Below, in pieces: positions 26,931-36,824 of a stretch of DNA of 64,000 nucleotides. Origin of the DNA: Promethearchaeota archaeon. GTDB lineage: Archaea > Asgardarchaeota > Lokiarchaeia > Sigyniarchaeales > SOKP01. The first letter of the stretch is position 1. Each line of letters opens with the position of its first letter. The DNA is taken from contig JBHLOI010000010.1 in NCBI GenBank assembly GCA_048940645.1, positions 22,699 through 86,698 of the forward strand, written 5' to 3'. Position numbers and translations under genes: made by a program. The notes beneath the pieces were generated by a model, which ran no database searches, had not been told where the DNA came from, and was given only the letters and a program-made list of their open reading frames with translations.

Positions 26931-27734
26931 TTATAAATCAAATAATTCTTCTTTCAATTTTTTCAGTTTAAGGTAAAGTTTCTTTAAAGAATTCATCGCT
27001 TCCGAATTTGAGTTAAAATCAATGGGGGAAGTTCCATTCAAATCTGCTTTCCCGACATCTGAATCGAAAGGAACAGTATGGTAAAGGGGTACTTCCCACT
27101 CACTTATTCGTTTATGAATAGCGTTAATCTGAGAATCATCTATAATTTTATTAGCAATTAAGAATATATTTATTACTCCAAGCTTTTTTGATAAATTTAT
27201 AATTTTAGAACATAGATCTAGAGATTTTTGGGAGGGTTCCGTTATTACAAGCATTATATCAATTCCTTTGGCAGTACCTCTACCTAGATGTTCCAAACCC
27301 GCTTCGAAATCAACTACAATAACTTCATTCCTTTTAACAAATAGGTTATATAGTAGTGTTCTAATTAGGGCATTTTCAGGACATAGACAACCTGTTGCGG
27401 GTTCTTCTATGCTCCCTAAAACTAAAAGTTGTAAACCATCAGGGCCATTAACCTTAAATCTGTCAGGTATATCAGACACTTCTGGATTAATATTATAGAC
27501 TCCAGGACCGGCACCAGATACACTTGTACGTTCTTCGATCATTTTTTTCATTTCAGATATCGGTACGATTTTTTCTTTTATATCTGTATCAATCCCTAAT
27601 GTATAGCTTAAGTTCATAGCGGAATCATTGTCAATTGCTAAAACATTAAATCCATCCTTGGCGAACATTCTTGCTAATGTTCCAGCTATTAATGTCTTTC
27701 CTACTCCTCCTTTTCCTGCTACCGCTATCTTCAT
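26931..27734 (-). CDS. cooC: CooC/AcsF-family nickel insertion ATPase
   Basis: MKIAVAGKGGVGKT, GCLCP (CxC), DFEAGLEHLGRGT. Confidence 0.9.
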   Translation of the reverse strand: MKIAVAGKGGVGKTLIAGTLARMFAKDGFNVLAIDNDSAMNLSYTLGIDTDIKEKIVPISEMKKMIEERTSVSGAGPGVYNINPEVSDIPDRFKVNGPDGLQLLVLGSIEEPATGCLCPENALIRTLLYNLFVKRNEVIVVDFEAGLEHLGRGTAKGIDIMLVITEPSQKSLDLCSKIINLSKKLGVINIFLIANKIIDDSQINAIHKRISEWEVPLYHTVPFDSDVGKADLNGTSPIDFNSNSEAMNSLKKLYLKLKKLKEELFDL

Positions 27735-27863
27735 AATAAATCTTCAGTATACAAGGATAATAAATCTTTAGTTTACAAGGTTTTAAGTAAAATTTTAAAA
27801 TGTATTAAAATCTAAAAGAGAATCTTCAATTTTTTTATAAGGTATTAATTAAAGAGAATAAAA

Positions 27864-28121
27864 TTATTGAATTCTACCCATAGATTGCATTCTCTTTGAA
27901 ATCTTTACCATTTCATCAAATATTTTATGATTTTCTCTTGGGTCTTGGCAAGCTATTAATTTATCATTTAATATTTTAATTTTAAATGTTAAGTCTAAGA
28001 ATTCTTTTGGTGGTTCTAATTGATAATAATATTTTTTCTCACCATTTATTAATTCAATATAGACCCATTTATTCCTCGCTTCATCCCAGTTCCATCGATT
28101 AACAGATAATTTCCTAGCCAC
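27864..28121 (-). CDS. Hypothetical protein
   Basis: 85-aa ORF, GTG start after a GGTGGGA SD-like sequence. Confidence 0.6.
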   Translation of the reverse strand: MARKLSVNRWNWDEARNKWVYIELINGEKKYYYQLEPPKEFLDLTFKIKILNDKLIACQDPRENHKIFDEMVKISKRMQSMGRIQ

Positions 28122-28266
28122 AATTCATCCCACCATGAGTTACCTTTTAATAATTAATCTAGATTAATTATAAAAACCCTAAAGCATGATTTACCTGTTA
28201 TTATTTATTCCTAAATTAAAATCAGTATTTATTATTTTTTTAATATTATATTAACAGGTTATTATT

Positions 28267-29724
28267 TTATAAATCAAGCTCTCTAAGTGCTTTTTCAGCA
28301 GCTTCTCGAACATCAACATCAGGATCCTTGTATAGTTCTTGTAATACCTCTTTAACTTCTGAATTTTTAAATTTAGTCAATGCTTTTACTAAGTACATTT
28401 TTATGATCCAATCATTATCCCTAATCATTTCTTTAAAAATATTAAAAATTTTGGGATTTCTAATCATACTCAGAAGTTTGATTGCTGTAATTCTTCTCAT
28501 TCTCATATTATCGTTTAAATTTTTAAATAATAGTTCTAAAATTTGATTTTGGGCATTTTCTTCCAATAAATTGAACATTTTCATAAATAAAGAGGGACTT
28601 AATGTTGCTGAATCAATATATTCTGCAGAAATCTTGGTTTCACTCTTAACTGGGATACCTTTTTCTTGTTCTTTTACTTTTAGTAATAATTTATTTAGCT
28701 GATTATTTGCATTCTCTACTTTAATTAATTTAACATTAAGAGCTTCTAATTCTTCTTCCTTTAGAGAAATTTTCTTTCTATATTCAGCCTCTCTATTTAT
28801 TTCTAAATTTCTTATTTCATTTAATTCATTTACTAATTCATTGTTATGATTTCTTAATTCATTTGTGATCATAACATTTTCATTTAAAGCATTTTTTAAA
28901 TTTTCCTTTTCTTTTTCTAATTCTTGTAATCTCCTATATGACTCTTCAATTTTTACATTGGAATCAATTTTCTGTTCTTCAAGATATGATTTGATTGTAT
29001 TCTCTATTTTTTGCTGTAAGTAATTTACCTTCTCTTTGTATTCATTGCATTGAATGACTAATTCTTCACGTTCTTTTCTTAGATTATTTAATTCTTCTGT
29101 TTCTTCTTTCTTTGTCGTTAATGCATCTTCTAACTTAGAAGTGATTTCTTGAATTTCAGCTTTTAAGGATTCAATTTTTACTCTATTTATTCCATTTTCT
29201 TCAGTTAATTGGAAGATTAGTCTTTTTGCATCAATTAGTTGTTGATCTTTATCTTCAAAGTCAATTTGCTGAGTGAAAATGGATTCTTGTTGTAATTTTT
29301 CTATTTTTTCTTGTAATTCGTTAATTTTAACATTTTTTAATTCGTTTTCTTCTGTTAATTGTACAATTACTTTATTTGAATAAATAATTTCTTCATTTTC
29401 CTCATTAAAATTTCTAGAATTTTCTAATTCATTACTGATATCTTCTAATGTCTGTTTTAAGATCTCAATATCTTTGTCTTTTTTAATGAGTTCTTCTCTT
29501 TGATTAGCAACCATTTCTTTTAATATTTGGATATCTCCAGGCAGATCATCATCTATATCAGAAAGTTGAGCGCGCTGATTCTGAATTATTTGCTTTTGCT
29601 CATTAATCGTGAAAGTTAATCTCAGGACCTCTTCTCTTAAATACCTGATTATTCTCTCTAAATCCGAATGGGCGCGATTAGTAGAATCAATTGATTCAAT
29701 TAAGTCTTTTAATTCTTTACTCAT
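28267..29724 (-). CDS. Long coiled-coil protein with C-terminal HEAT repeats
   Basis: About 350 aa of heptads, then DNDWIIKMYLVKAL and DPDVDVREAAEKAL HEAT-like units. Confidence 0.8.
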   Translation of the reverse strand: MSKELKDLIESIDSTNRAHSDLERIIRYLREEVLRLTFTINEQKQIIQNQRAQLSDIDDDLPGDIQILKEMVANQREELIKKDKDIEILKQTLEDISNELENSRNFNEENEEIIYSNKVIVQLTEENELKNVKINELQEKIEKLQQESIFTQQIDFEDKDQQLIDAKRLIFQLTEENGINRVKIESLKAEIQEITSKLEDALTTKKEETEELNNLRKEREELVIQCNEYKEKVNYLQQKIENTIKSYLEEQKIDSNVKIEESYRRLQELEKEKENLKNALNENVMITNELRNHNNELVNELNEIRNLEINREAEYRKKISLKEEELEALNVKLIKVENANNQLNKLLLKVKEQEKGIPVKSETKISAEYIDSATLSPSLFMKMFNLLEENAQNQILELLFKNLNDNMRMRRITAIKLLSMIRNPKIFNIFKEMIRDNDWIIKMYLVKALTKFKNSEVKEVLQELYKDPDVDVREAAEKALRELDL

Positions 29725-29980
29725 TTTTTAATCGTTTAGTTTTAATAATGTTAAAAAAATTTGATTTAAAAAATATTCACATTTATTATCATTTTATTAT
29801 TTTAGTGCCTATAATAAAATTTTATAAATGAATGAAAGAAATTTTCTAAAATAATTAATAAATGAGAAGTAATGATATCTACTGTAAATAGAAATATTTA
29901 AAAATATTTTTAAAATTTATTTCCATAGAAAATATAGTTAAACTATAAAAATACTACTATAAGGTACGGAAGTATTAATA

Positions 29981-30199
29981 ATGCCAGATGAACAATTAGA
30001 TGATTTAAAGCAGAGAGATAAAGATGATTTGGATGAGGACGACTGGGATGATGAAGATGACTGGGATGATGAAGATGAAATGGATGATGAAGATGAAATG
30101 GATAATTATAATGACGGAGAATGGGATGATGAATTCGAATATGATGATGACAACGACTGGGATAATGATGAGAATGAAGAAGATGACGAAGATTATTAA
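29981..30199 (+). CDS. Small, extremely acidic Asp/Glu/Trp-rich protein
   Basis: 72 aa, about 60% D/E, ATG start in an otherwise empty gap. Confidence 0.6.
   Translation: MPDEQLDDLKQRDKDDLDEDDWDDEDDWDDEDEMDDEDEMDNYNDGEWDDEFEYDDDNDWDNDENEEDDEDY
30041..30112 (+). repeat. 18-bp tandem repeat, 4 units
   Basis: GACTGGGATGATGAAGAT x2, GAAATGGATGATGAAGAT, GAAATGGATAATTATAAT. Confidence 0.8.
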
Positions 30200-30279
30200 G
30201 CATTATAATATCGATTAGACCTCTTAGATTCCCATAAAAAAAGGGAATAAATTAATTATATTTTTTTCAATATTTAGTT

Positions 30280-30756
30280 TTACAGAATTTTTATTTCACG
30301 AATAAAATCTCCTTGTACAATTGAGTTCACAACCTTTTGGTCTTCTGGACCCTCTACTTGACCGAATATTGTGTGACTGTTATTCAAATGTGGCGTCTCT
30401 ACATGAGTTATAAAGAATTGAGAGCCGTTTGTATTTGAACCTGCATTAGCCATTGCTAGTAATCCAGGGCTGTCAAATTTTCTTCCAGATTGAAACTCAT
30501 CTGCAAAAGGATATGAAATTTGCCTTCCTTGGTAAGGAAAAGAGTTAATCCCCACAGATCTAGGTCCACCGGTACCATTTCCAAGAGGGTCTCCACCTTG
30601 TATCATAAAGTTTTTAATAACACGATGAAACTTAAGACTATTAAAAAATCCTTGTTTAGCTAAAAATAGAAAGCTAGAAACGGTTAGGGGTGCTTCAGTA
30701 TCGAATAAATTAATATTAATATTTCCTTTATCTGTTATTAGAATTACTTTTGTCAT
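30280..30756 (-). CDS. Cyclophilin-type peptidyl-prolyl isomerase
   Basis: [38 protein letters not shown]. Confidence 0.95.
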   Translation of the reverse strand: MTKVILITDKGNININLFDTEAPLTVSSFLFLAKQGFFNSLKFHRVIKNFMIQGGDPLGNGTGGPRSVGINSFPYQGRQISYPFADEFQSGRKFDSPGLLAMANAGSNTNGSQFFITHVETPHLNNSHTIFGQVEGPEDQKVVNSIVQGDFIREIKIL

Positions 30757-30895
30757 AATTATTTTAAAATTTGTTTGTATTAAAATTATGTTTAAAATAC
30801 TCTACTGACTTCTTTTAAATTTATAAAAGATTTAAAATTAATAGCAATAAATCATTTTTATAGTTATATTAAATTCATTCAAATCAAGTACTAAT

Positions 30896-33067
30896 ATGAT
30901 AGTGGATAACGATCTCTCTTTCTTTTTTAATCCAAACAGTATAGCAATAGTTGGAGCAAGTTCTGCACCTGGAAAAGTTGGATATAATGTTTTAAAAAAT
31001 GTTATCGAATCAGGATATCCTGGAAAAATTTTCCCAATTAATCCAAAAACTAAAACTATTTTTGGATACAAAGCCTATAAAAGTGTTCTAGACGTTCCAG
31101 AAAATATCGATATCGCGATTTTTGTTATTCCAAGTGCAAATGTTATTCCTGTTGCTGAAGAGTGTGGAAAAAAAAAGATTAAGGGAATCGTCATTATTTC
31201 TGCAGGGTTTAAAGAAATTGGTGGAGAAGGTATAAAACGTGAACAAACGTTAGTTCAAATAGCTAAGAAATTTAATATGAGAATAATTGGCCCAAATTGT
31301 TTAGGATTTATAGGATTACACTATAATGGGTCCTTTGCGGCTAATACCCCTAAAAAAGGGCATATCGCAATGATTTCTCAATCTGGAGCTATGTTAACAG
31401 GAATGATGGATTATTCCATGGAACAAGCGTTTGGTTTTTCTTGTAATATAAGTTTAGGAAATAAAGCTGATTTAGATGAGGCTGATTTTATTAAATTTCT
31501 ATCAGAAGATAATGATACTAAAGTTATTCTTTGTTATTTAGAATCTATAGAAAATGGAAAAAAATTCTTAGAAGTCGTATCTAAAGCCGCTAAAAAAAAA
31601 CCAATAATAATTCTAAAAGCAGGTGTTACTGAAGCTGGAGCTAGGGCAGCATCAAGTCATACTGGCGCGTTAGCAGGTTCTGATATTGCATATGAGCTAG
31701 CTTTTGCAAAGTGTGGAATTATAAGAGCAAAAACTATAGCAGATCTTTTTGATTATGGTGAAGTGTTCCTTTTTCAACCTATTCCTCAAAAAAATTCTTT
31801 TGCAATAATAACAAATGCAGGTGGTCCAGGAATTGTAGCAACTGATGCATTTGAACAACAAAATTTAAAATTTGCAAAATTTTCAGAACCAATCCTCCAT
31901 CAATTAAGAGATAAACTACCTATAGAGGCCGCAATATTCAATCCCATTGACATTATTGGAGATGCATCCCCAGAACGATATGAATTTGTTATTAAAACTA
32001 TTTTTGGCTTAAATTCTGATGAATCAACTATAAAAGTTAATGATGAAGATATAACCGCATATGGAGCATTAATTATTATGTCCCCACAAGCACAAACGCA
32101 TCCTAATGATGTAGCCAAGTCAATTCATAACATTTCACAAAAATTTTTATCGCAAAAACCTATATTATGCTCTTTCATAGGAGGTGTATCTATTAATGAA
32201 GCAACAAAATATTTAAAGCAACATTCTATTCCTTGTTATCCCTTTCCAGAACGAGCGGCTCAGTCTCTCAAAGCGATGGTTGATTATAGTGAATATTTAA
32301 AAGAAACGCCATTAGAGCAATTGATTATCCCTCAATTTGAGGTAAATAGAGAAAGAGTAAAAGAAATATTTCAAAATGTTAGAAAAGACGATAGAACTGT
32401 TCTTCTAAGTCATGAAACAAGTGAAATATTTGAATGCTATGGTATTAAATCCCCAAAATCAAGATTAGCAAGCACTCCTCGTGAAGCGATGAAATTTCAA
32501 GAAGAAATTGGTACTGTTGTAATGAAAATAGTAAGTCCACAAATAATCCATAAAACTGATGTTGGAGGTATTATTTTAAACATTTCATCACCAGAACAGG
32601 CATTTGAAGCTTATATCCAAATTATTGATAATTCAAAGAGATTTGGCCCTCAAAATGCCAAAGTATATGGTGTAGAAGTTCAAGAGATGATTGATTTTAA
32701 AAAAGAACAGAAAATAAATGAATTAATTATTGGAATGTCGAAAGATCCACAATTTGGGCCGATCTTAATGGTTGGTTCAGGGGGTATTTACGCAAATTTT
32801 CTAAAAGATGTGTCATTTGCTCTCTCATATCAGTTTACAAAAGAAGATGCAAAAGAAATGCTTCAGAAAACCAAAATCTTCAGTATATTGCAAGGGGTTA
32901 GAGGTGAAAGCCCTTCAGATGTAGATTCTGTAATAGAAGTATTATTACGCCTCTCTCAATTAGTTAATAATTTTCCAGAAATTATGGAATTAGACATTAA
33001 CCCTCTGCTGAGTTTTATAAAAGATTATTCTGCTGTTGATATAAAAATTACAATCTCACGTGAATGA
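30896..33067 (+). CDS. acd: ADP-forming acetate/acyl-CoA ligase, fused alpha-beta
   Basis: IAIVGAS, IIGPNCLG, SQSGA, SLGNKAD, phospho-His SSHTGALAG, TNAGGPG, HKTDVGG, ELDINP. Confidence 0.9.
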   Translation: MIVDNDLSFFFNPNSIAIVGASSAPGKVGYNVLKNVIESGYPGKIFPINPKTKTIFGYKAYKSVLDVPENIDIAIFVIPSANVIPVAEECGKKKIKGIVIISAGFKEIGGEGIKREQTLVQIAKKFNMRIIGPNCLGFIGLHYNGSFAANTPKKGHIAMISQSGAMLTGMMDYSMEQAFGFSCNISLGNKADLDEADFIKFLSEDNDTKVILCYLESIENGKKFLEVVSKAAKKKPIIILKAGVTEAGARAASSHTGALAGSDIAYELAFAKCGIIRAKTIADLFDYGEVFLFQPIPQKNSFAIITNAGGPGIVATDAFEQQNLKFAKFSEPILHQLRDKLPIEAAIFNPIDIIGDASPERYEFVIKTIFGLNSDESTIKVNDEDITAYGALIIMSPQAQTHPNDVAKSIHNISQKFLSQKPILCSFIGGVSINEATKYLKQHSIPCYPFPERAAQSLKAMVDYSEYLKETPLEQLIIPQFEVNRERVKEIFQNVRKDDRTVLLSHETSEIFECYGIKSPKSRLASTPREAMKFQEEIGTVVMKIVSPQIIHKTDVGGIILNISSPEQAFEAYIQIIDNSKRFGPQNAKVYGVEVQEMIDFKKEQKINELIIGMSKDPQFGPILMVGSGGIYANFLKDVSFALSYQFTKEDAKEMLQKTKIFSILQGVRGESPSDVDSVIEVLLRLSQLVNNFPEIMELDINPLLSFIKDYSAVDIKITISRE

Positions 33068-33135
33068 ATGAATCAGAAAATATAAAAAATGTAATAAATA
33101 TAATTTATATTGATAAAATAAAAGAAGGTATAGTT

Positions 33136-34200
33136 ATGGCAAAAACAATTTATTTATGTTCTTTATCTGAACATGTCGGTAAGAGTTTACTTTCAATTGG
33201 CATTATGCTTAAATTAAAAGAAGAAGGCAAAAAAGTAGCATATTTCAAGCCTATTGGAGTACCTAAAGGAGCTTTTTCTGATAAGGCTGATAGAGATGTT
33301 GGTTTTATCCAAAGTACTGTATTTAAAACCACATTACCATATGATATTATTAGTCCTGTTTCAATTCCAGATTGTTATTATGTTGATTTAATTGATTCAT
33401 CAAAAAAAGAAGAATATCTAAATTCTATAAAAAGCGCCTATGATGAATTAGAAAAAGATTTTGATTATATTATTATTGAAGGTGCTCCAAGTATCAAAAA
33501 ATATATTCGTGTTGGCTTAGACGACATTACTGTTGCTCAAAAATTAGGTTTAAACGAGTTAGTTTTCATACAAACAGAATCTTCTGATAAGTGTATTGAT
33601 ACCTTATTTTTTACTAAAAAATATTTCGAATTTAGAAATATTAAGTTTAAAGGAATTATATTTAACAAAATTGATTACGAATATAAAGCTAGAATCGAAG
33701 AATTACAAGAAAATCACATAATTCGTTATGAAATTCCCATTATAGGAATTATAGAAAAAAGTCTTGAATTATTAAGCCCCAGAGTGTCTGAAATTCAATA
33801 TGCAATTGGAGGTGAACTAATCAACGAACCAGCAAGAGAAAATTTAGATAAGATGGTTGAAACCTATATAATTGCCGCAATGAATGTTCAAGCCGCTTTG
33901 AAATATTTAAGATCTGTTAAAAAAGCAGCTGTTATTACTGGTGGAGATAGAACTGATGTTGCTCTAGCAGCGTTAGATGAAGATGTGTCGTTATTAGTGC
34001 TAACCGGATTTATTCAACCAGATGTTGCAGTAATTAGTGCTGCTAATGAGAAAAAGATTCCAATAATTTTAAGCCCTAGTGATACCTATACTACCATTCG
34101 AAATATGGAGCGCGTAAAACCTGGAATTCAAGAAGAAGAAATACAATTAGTTCTAGAACTTGTCAAAAAGCACTTAAATTGGGATATATTACTGAAATAA
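33136..34200 (+). CDS. Phosphotransacetylase-family N-terminal-type protein (BioD-like P-loop plus DRTGG)
   Basis: HVGKS, YFKPIG, IIIEG, VITGGDRTD; no Pta catalytic domain. ATG 33136 preferred over 33064. Confidence 0.85.
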   Translation: MAKTIYLCSLSEHVGKSLLSIGIMLKLKEEGKKVAYFKPIGVPKGAFSDKADRDVGFIQSTVFKTTLPYDIISPVSIPDCYYVDLIDSSKKEEYLNSIKSAYDELEKDFDYIIIEGAPSIKKYIRVGLDDITVAQKLGLNELVFIQTESSDKCIDTLFFTKKYFEFRNIKFKGIIFNKIDYEYKARIEELQENHIIRYEIPIIGIIEKSLELLSPRVSEIQYAIGGELINEPARENLDKMVETYIIAAMNVQAALKYLRSVKKAAVITGGDRTDVALAALDEDVSLLVLTGFIQPDVAVISAANEKKIPIILSPSDTYTTIRNMERVKPGIQEEEIQLVLELVKKHLNWDILLK

Positions 34201-34449
34201 AATATTATTTTTAAACCCTATTTAATTTTATAGTTATTATTCAAGTTAAACCCAATTAATAATAAGATTATTTTGTCGAATTTTGTCATCTAAAAAATTC
34301 CTCCTTTGAACGATGCTATCAAATTAAGTAAAAATATTACTAATCTACTAATCAGAAATCTTTAAATATAATAGATAAAAAATTATACCTAACACCTTTA
34401 GAAATCTAAAAAAAAACAAAAAATATACAAAATTAAAAGGTTATTAATT

Positions 34450-34893
34450 ATGGCTTTTAAAAGTAAAATATGGATATTTTGTTTAATTGGAGCGATAGTT
34501 GTCCTTATCGGGTATTTCACTCCCTATGTAAGTGCTATGGGAATAATTAACATGTGGCTATTTGGATTCATTTCTTCACCGTATGGTGGTTATATGATAC
34601 CATGGACAGGATCATTTCTGATGGTGGGGATTTTAGGGATAATCATTGTAGCTTTAGCTGCTTTAACTTTAGTTATGTCTTTTCTCATGAAGAGCCGAGA
34701 AGATAACAAGGTAATGAAGATTTTAGTTATAATCTTTGGCGCTGTAATTCTCATTATGGGACTACTTCCTCCTCTTTTAGCTACGGGATATTATGCAATA
34801 CTATTTAGCTTCGTTGGTATCGGATACTATTTAATAATAATCGGTGGTGCGCTCTTAATTCTTTTTGGTATACTTGGTATGGTTCTCAAATAA
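34450..34893 (+). CDS. 4-TM hypothetical membrane protein
   Basis: Hydrophobic; IWI...G..P..MWLFG...G.G...GG pattern loosely similar to the next two genes. Confidence 0.75.
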   Translation: MAFKSKIWIFCLIGAIVVLIGYFTPYVSAMGIINMWLFGFISSPYGGYMIPWTGSFLMVGILGIIIVALAALTLVMSFLMKSREDNKVMKILVIIFGAVILIMGLLPPLLATGYYAILFSFVGIGYYLIIIGGALLILFGILGMVLK

Positions 34894-35136
34894 AGAACTT
34901 ACTATTTTATACTATAAATTTAAACCTTTTTTTTTCTTTTTGTTTACATTTTAACAAATTTCCTTGTTTGTTACTTACTTATAAGTTAAAGGTATCATCA
35001 AGTTATTTATCGAGAACCACAAAATATTAAAAAAAGTGATTTATAGAATATGATCTAATTTCAATTCAAAAAGCTTTTATACTTCTAAAAAGAAATATAA
35101 TTTAACAAAAGAAATTCAAAAAATAGTTACTATTTC

Positions 35137-35850
35137 ATGACAGAAGCAAGAGATTATATTTGGATTATTCCATTAATAGCAGGTATTTTAGCAATTGTCT
35201 CTCTTTTAGCCCCTGCAGCTTATTTTAACTTTAGGTTTTATGCCTATTCAATAATGGACAATCTTTGGTTATGGGGCTTATATGCTGCACCCCCCTACGG
35301 ATCGCCAGTAGAATTCGTACCCTCTCCTTTAGTTATGATTCCATCAATCGTTACAACAGCGCTTATAGCAGTAAGTGGTATTTTACTTATAGTCTTTGCT
35401 GCTAAAGGAAAAAGTGGATCAGATTTATTACCAGTTAGAAATGTATCAATAATAACAGGAATTTTAATTTTAGCTAGTGAAATTTTATGGCTTATATTGG
35501 TCCCCCTATTCTTCCCAATAGAGGTCTACTGGGGTGGTTTACCTCCAAGTTATGAAATAACATTTTGGAGTATAAGTTATTATGGAATACATATTATGAC
35601 CATACATAATGTCGGTTTTGGGATTATCGGAGGATTCATTGCAGCTGCGCTTAGTTTTATTGGAATGGGTGCCGCACATTATTTTTCAAAGCAAAGACCA
35701 GAAAAAATATCTAAATCAATAGAACCCATATTGCCAAGTGAAAAAGTTGAGCCTACAGGTAAAACTGATTTTATATTCTGTCCTGAATGTGGAGCAAAAA
35801 TCGAAGATCCTAATCTTAAATTCTGTGGAAATTGCGGATATGAATTTTAA
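35137..35850 (+). CDS. Membrane protein with C-terminal zinc ribbon (paralogue 1)
   Basis: 4 TM; FCPECG..KFCGNCG. Confidence 0.8.
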   Translation: MTEARDYIWIIPLIAGILAIVSLLAPAAYFNFRFYAYSIMDNLWLWGLYAAPPYGSPVEFVPSPLVMIPSIVTTALIAVSGILLIVFAAKGKSGSDLLPVRNVSIITGILILASEILWLILVPLFFPIEVYWGGLPPSYEITFWSISYYGIHIMTIHNVGFGIIGGFIAAALSFIGMGAAHYFSKQRPEKISKSIEPILPSEKVEPTGKTDFIFCPECGAKIEDPNLKFCGNCGYEF

Positions 35851-35892
35851 TATAAAATTATTTTTTGAAAATCAAATTAGAGTTGAATTTTT

Positions 35893-36594
35893 ATGACAGA
35901 TCCAAAAAAATATATTTGGCTTATTCCTTTAATAGGAGGAATTATAGCGATAGTAGCCACCATAGCGACACCAGCAGTTTCTATGGTCTTTATGGGAATG
36001 GCAAGAGATAGTCTTTGGATGTGGGGTTTTTATACTTTAGACGCTGGACCTGATTCTATAACTCATTTCATACCAAATATAGCAATTTCGATTACATCAT
36101 TAGTAGTAACAGCACTTATTGTGGTAAGCGGAATATTACTTATACTATTTGCTGTACTATCAAGAAAGGGAACAAAATTAAGGCGTGTTAGAAATATATC
36201 CATAATAACAGGGATCCTAATTTTAGCTGGTGAAATTTTATGGCTCATAATTGTGCCAGCAAACTTTCCATTTGAACAATATAGTTTCTGGAGTGGTTAT
36301 CCTGGAACTTTTTGGAAACTTTGTTATGGGGTAGTGTGTTTTAACATGCACAATGTAGGATTTGGAATCATTGGAGGATTCTTGGCTGCTGGGCTCGCTT
36401 TTCTCGGAGTTGGTTTGGCAACTTATTATTCAAAGGAAAGACCAGAAAAAGTGATTCAAGCAAAAGAGCCTGTATTGCCAAGTGAAGAAAAGGGTACAGT
36501 AACCAAAACTGAACTTCTATTTTGTTCAGAATGTGGAACAAAAATCGATGATCCTAATCTTAAGATCTGTACCAATTGTGGACATAAATTTTAA
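35893..36594 (+). CDS. Membrane protein with C-terminal zinc ribbon (paralogue 2)
   Basis: Shares RN(V/I)SIITGILILA.EILWLI, HNVGFGIIGGF and RPEK with 35137; FCSECG..ICTNCG. Confidence 0.8.
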   Translation: MTDPKKYIWLIPLIGGIIAIVATIATPAVSMVFMGMARDSLWMWGFYTLDAGPDSITHFIPNIAISITSLVVTALIVVSGILLILFAVLSRKGTKLRRVRNISIITGILILAGEILWLIIVPANFPFEQYSFWSGYPGTFWKLCYGVVCFNMHNVGFGIIGGFLAAGLAFLGVGLATYYSKERPEKVIQAKEPVLPSEEKGTVTKTELLFCSECGTKIDDPNLKICTNCGHKF

Positions 36595-36824
36595 AAAATA
36601 TTTATCCTTTTTTTTTAAATTAATTTATATTAGATAGATTTCTAACATTTTTGTTAAAACTATATTAGATTGATAACGGTTATCAATTTTTGCTCGCTTT
36701 AGATAATTTAGTATGAAGCATTTTTTTTCCCTATCTAGTCTAATTAGCATATATTTAACAAACAAATTTTTTAATAGAGTTTAAATTTGCATATCTAATG
36801 AAAATTTCACTTATTTATAAGTAA

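Noticed and set aside
30041-30112. Short repeats as a CRISPR array
   Set aside because: Head-to-tail 18-bp coding repeats with no spacers and no cas genes.
29943-30218. His-rich (- strand) and Met-rich (+ strand) ORFs over the acidic gene
   Set aside because: Alternative-frame shadows of the GAT-rich repeat; the acidic frame is the most plausible, though not proven.
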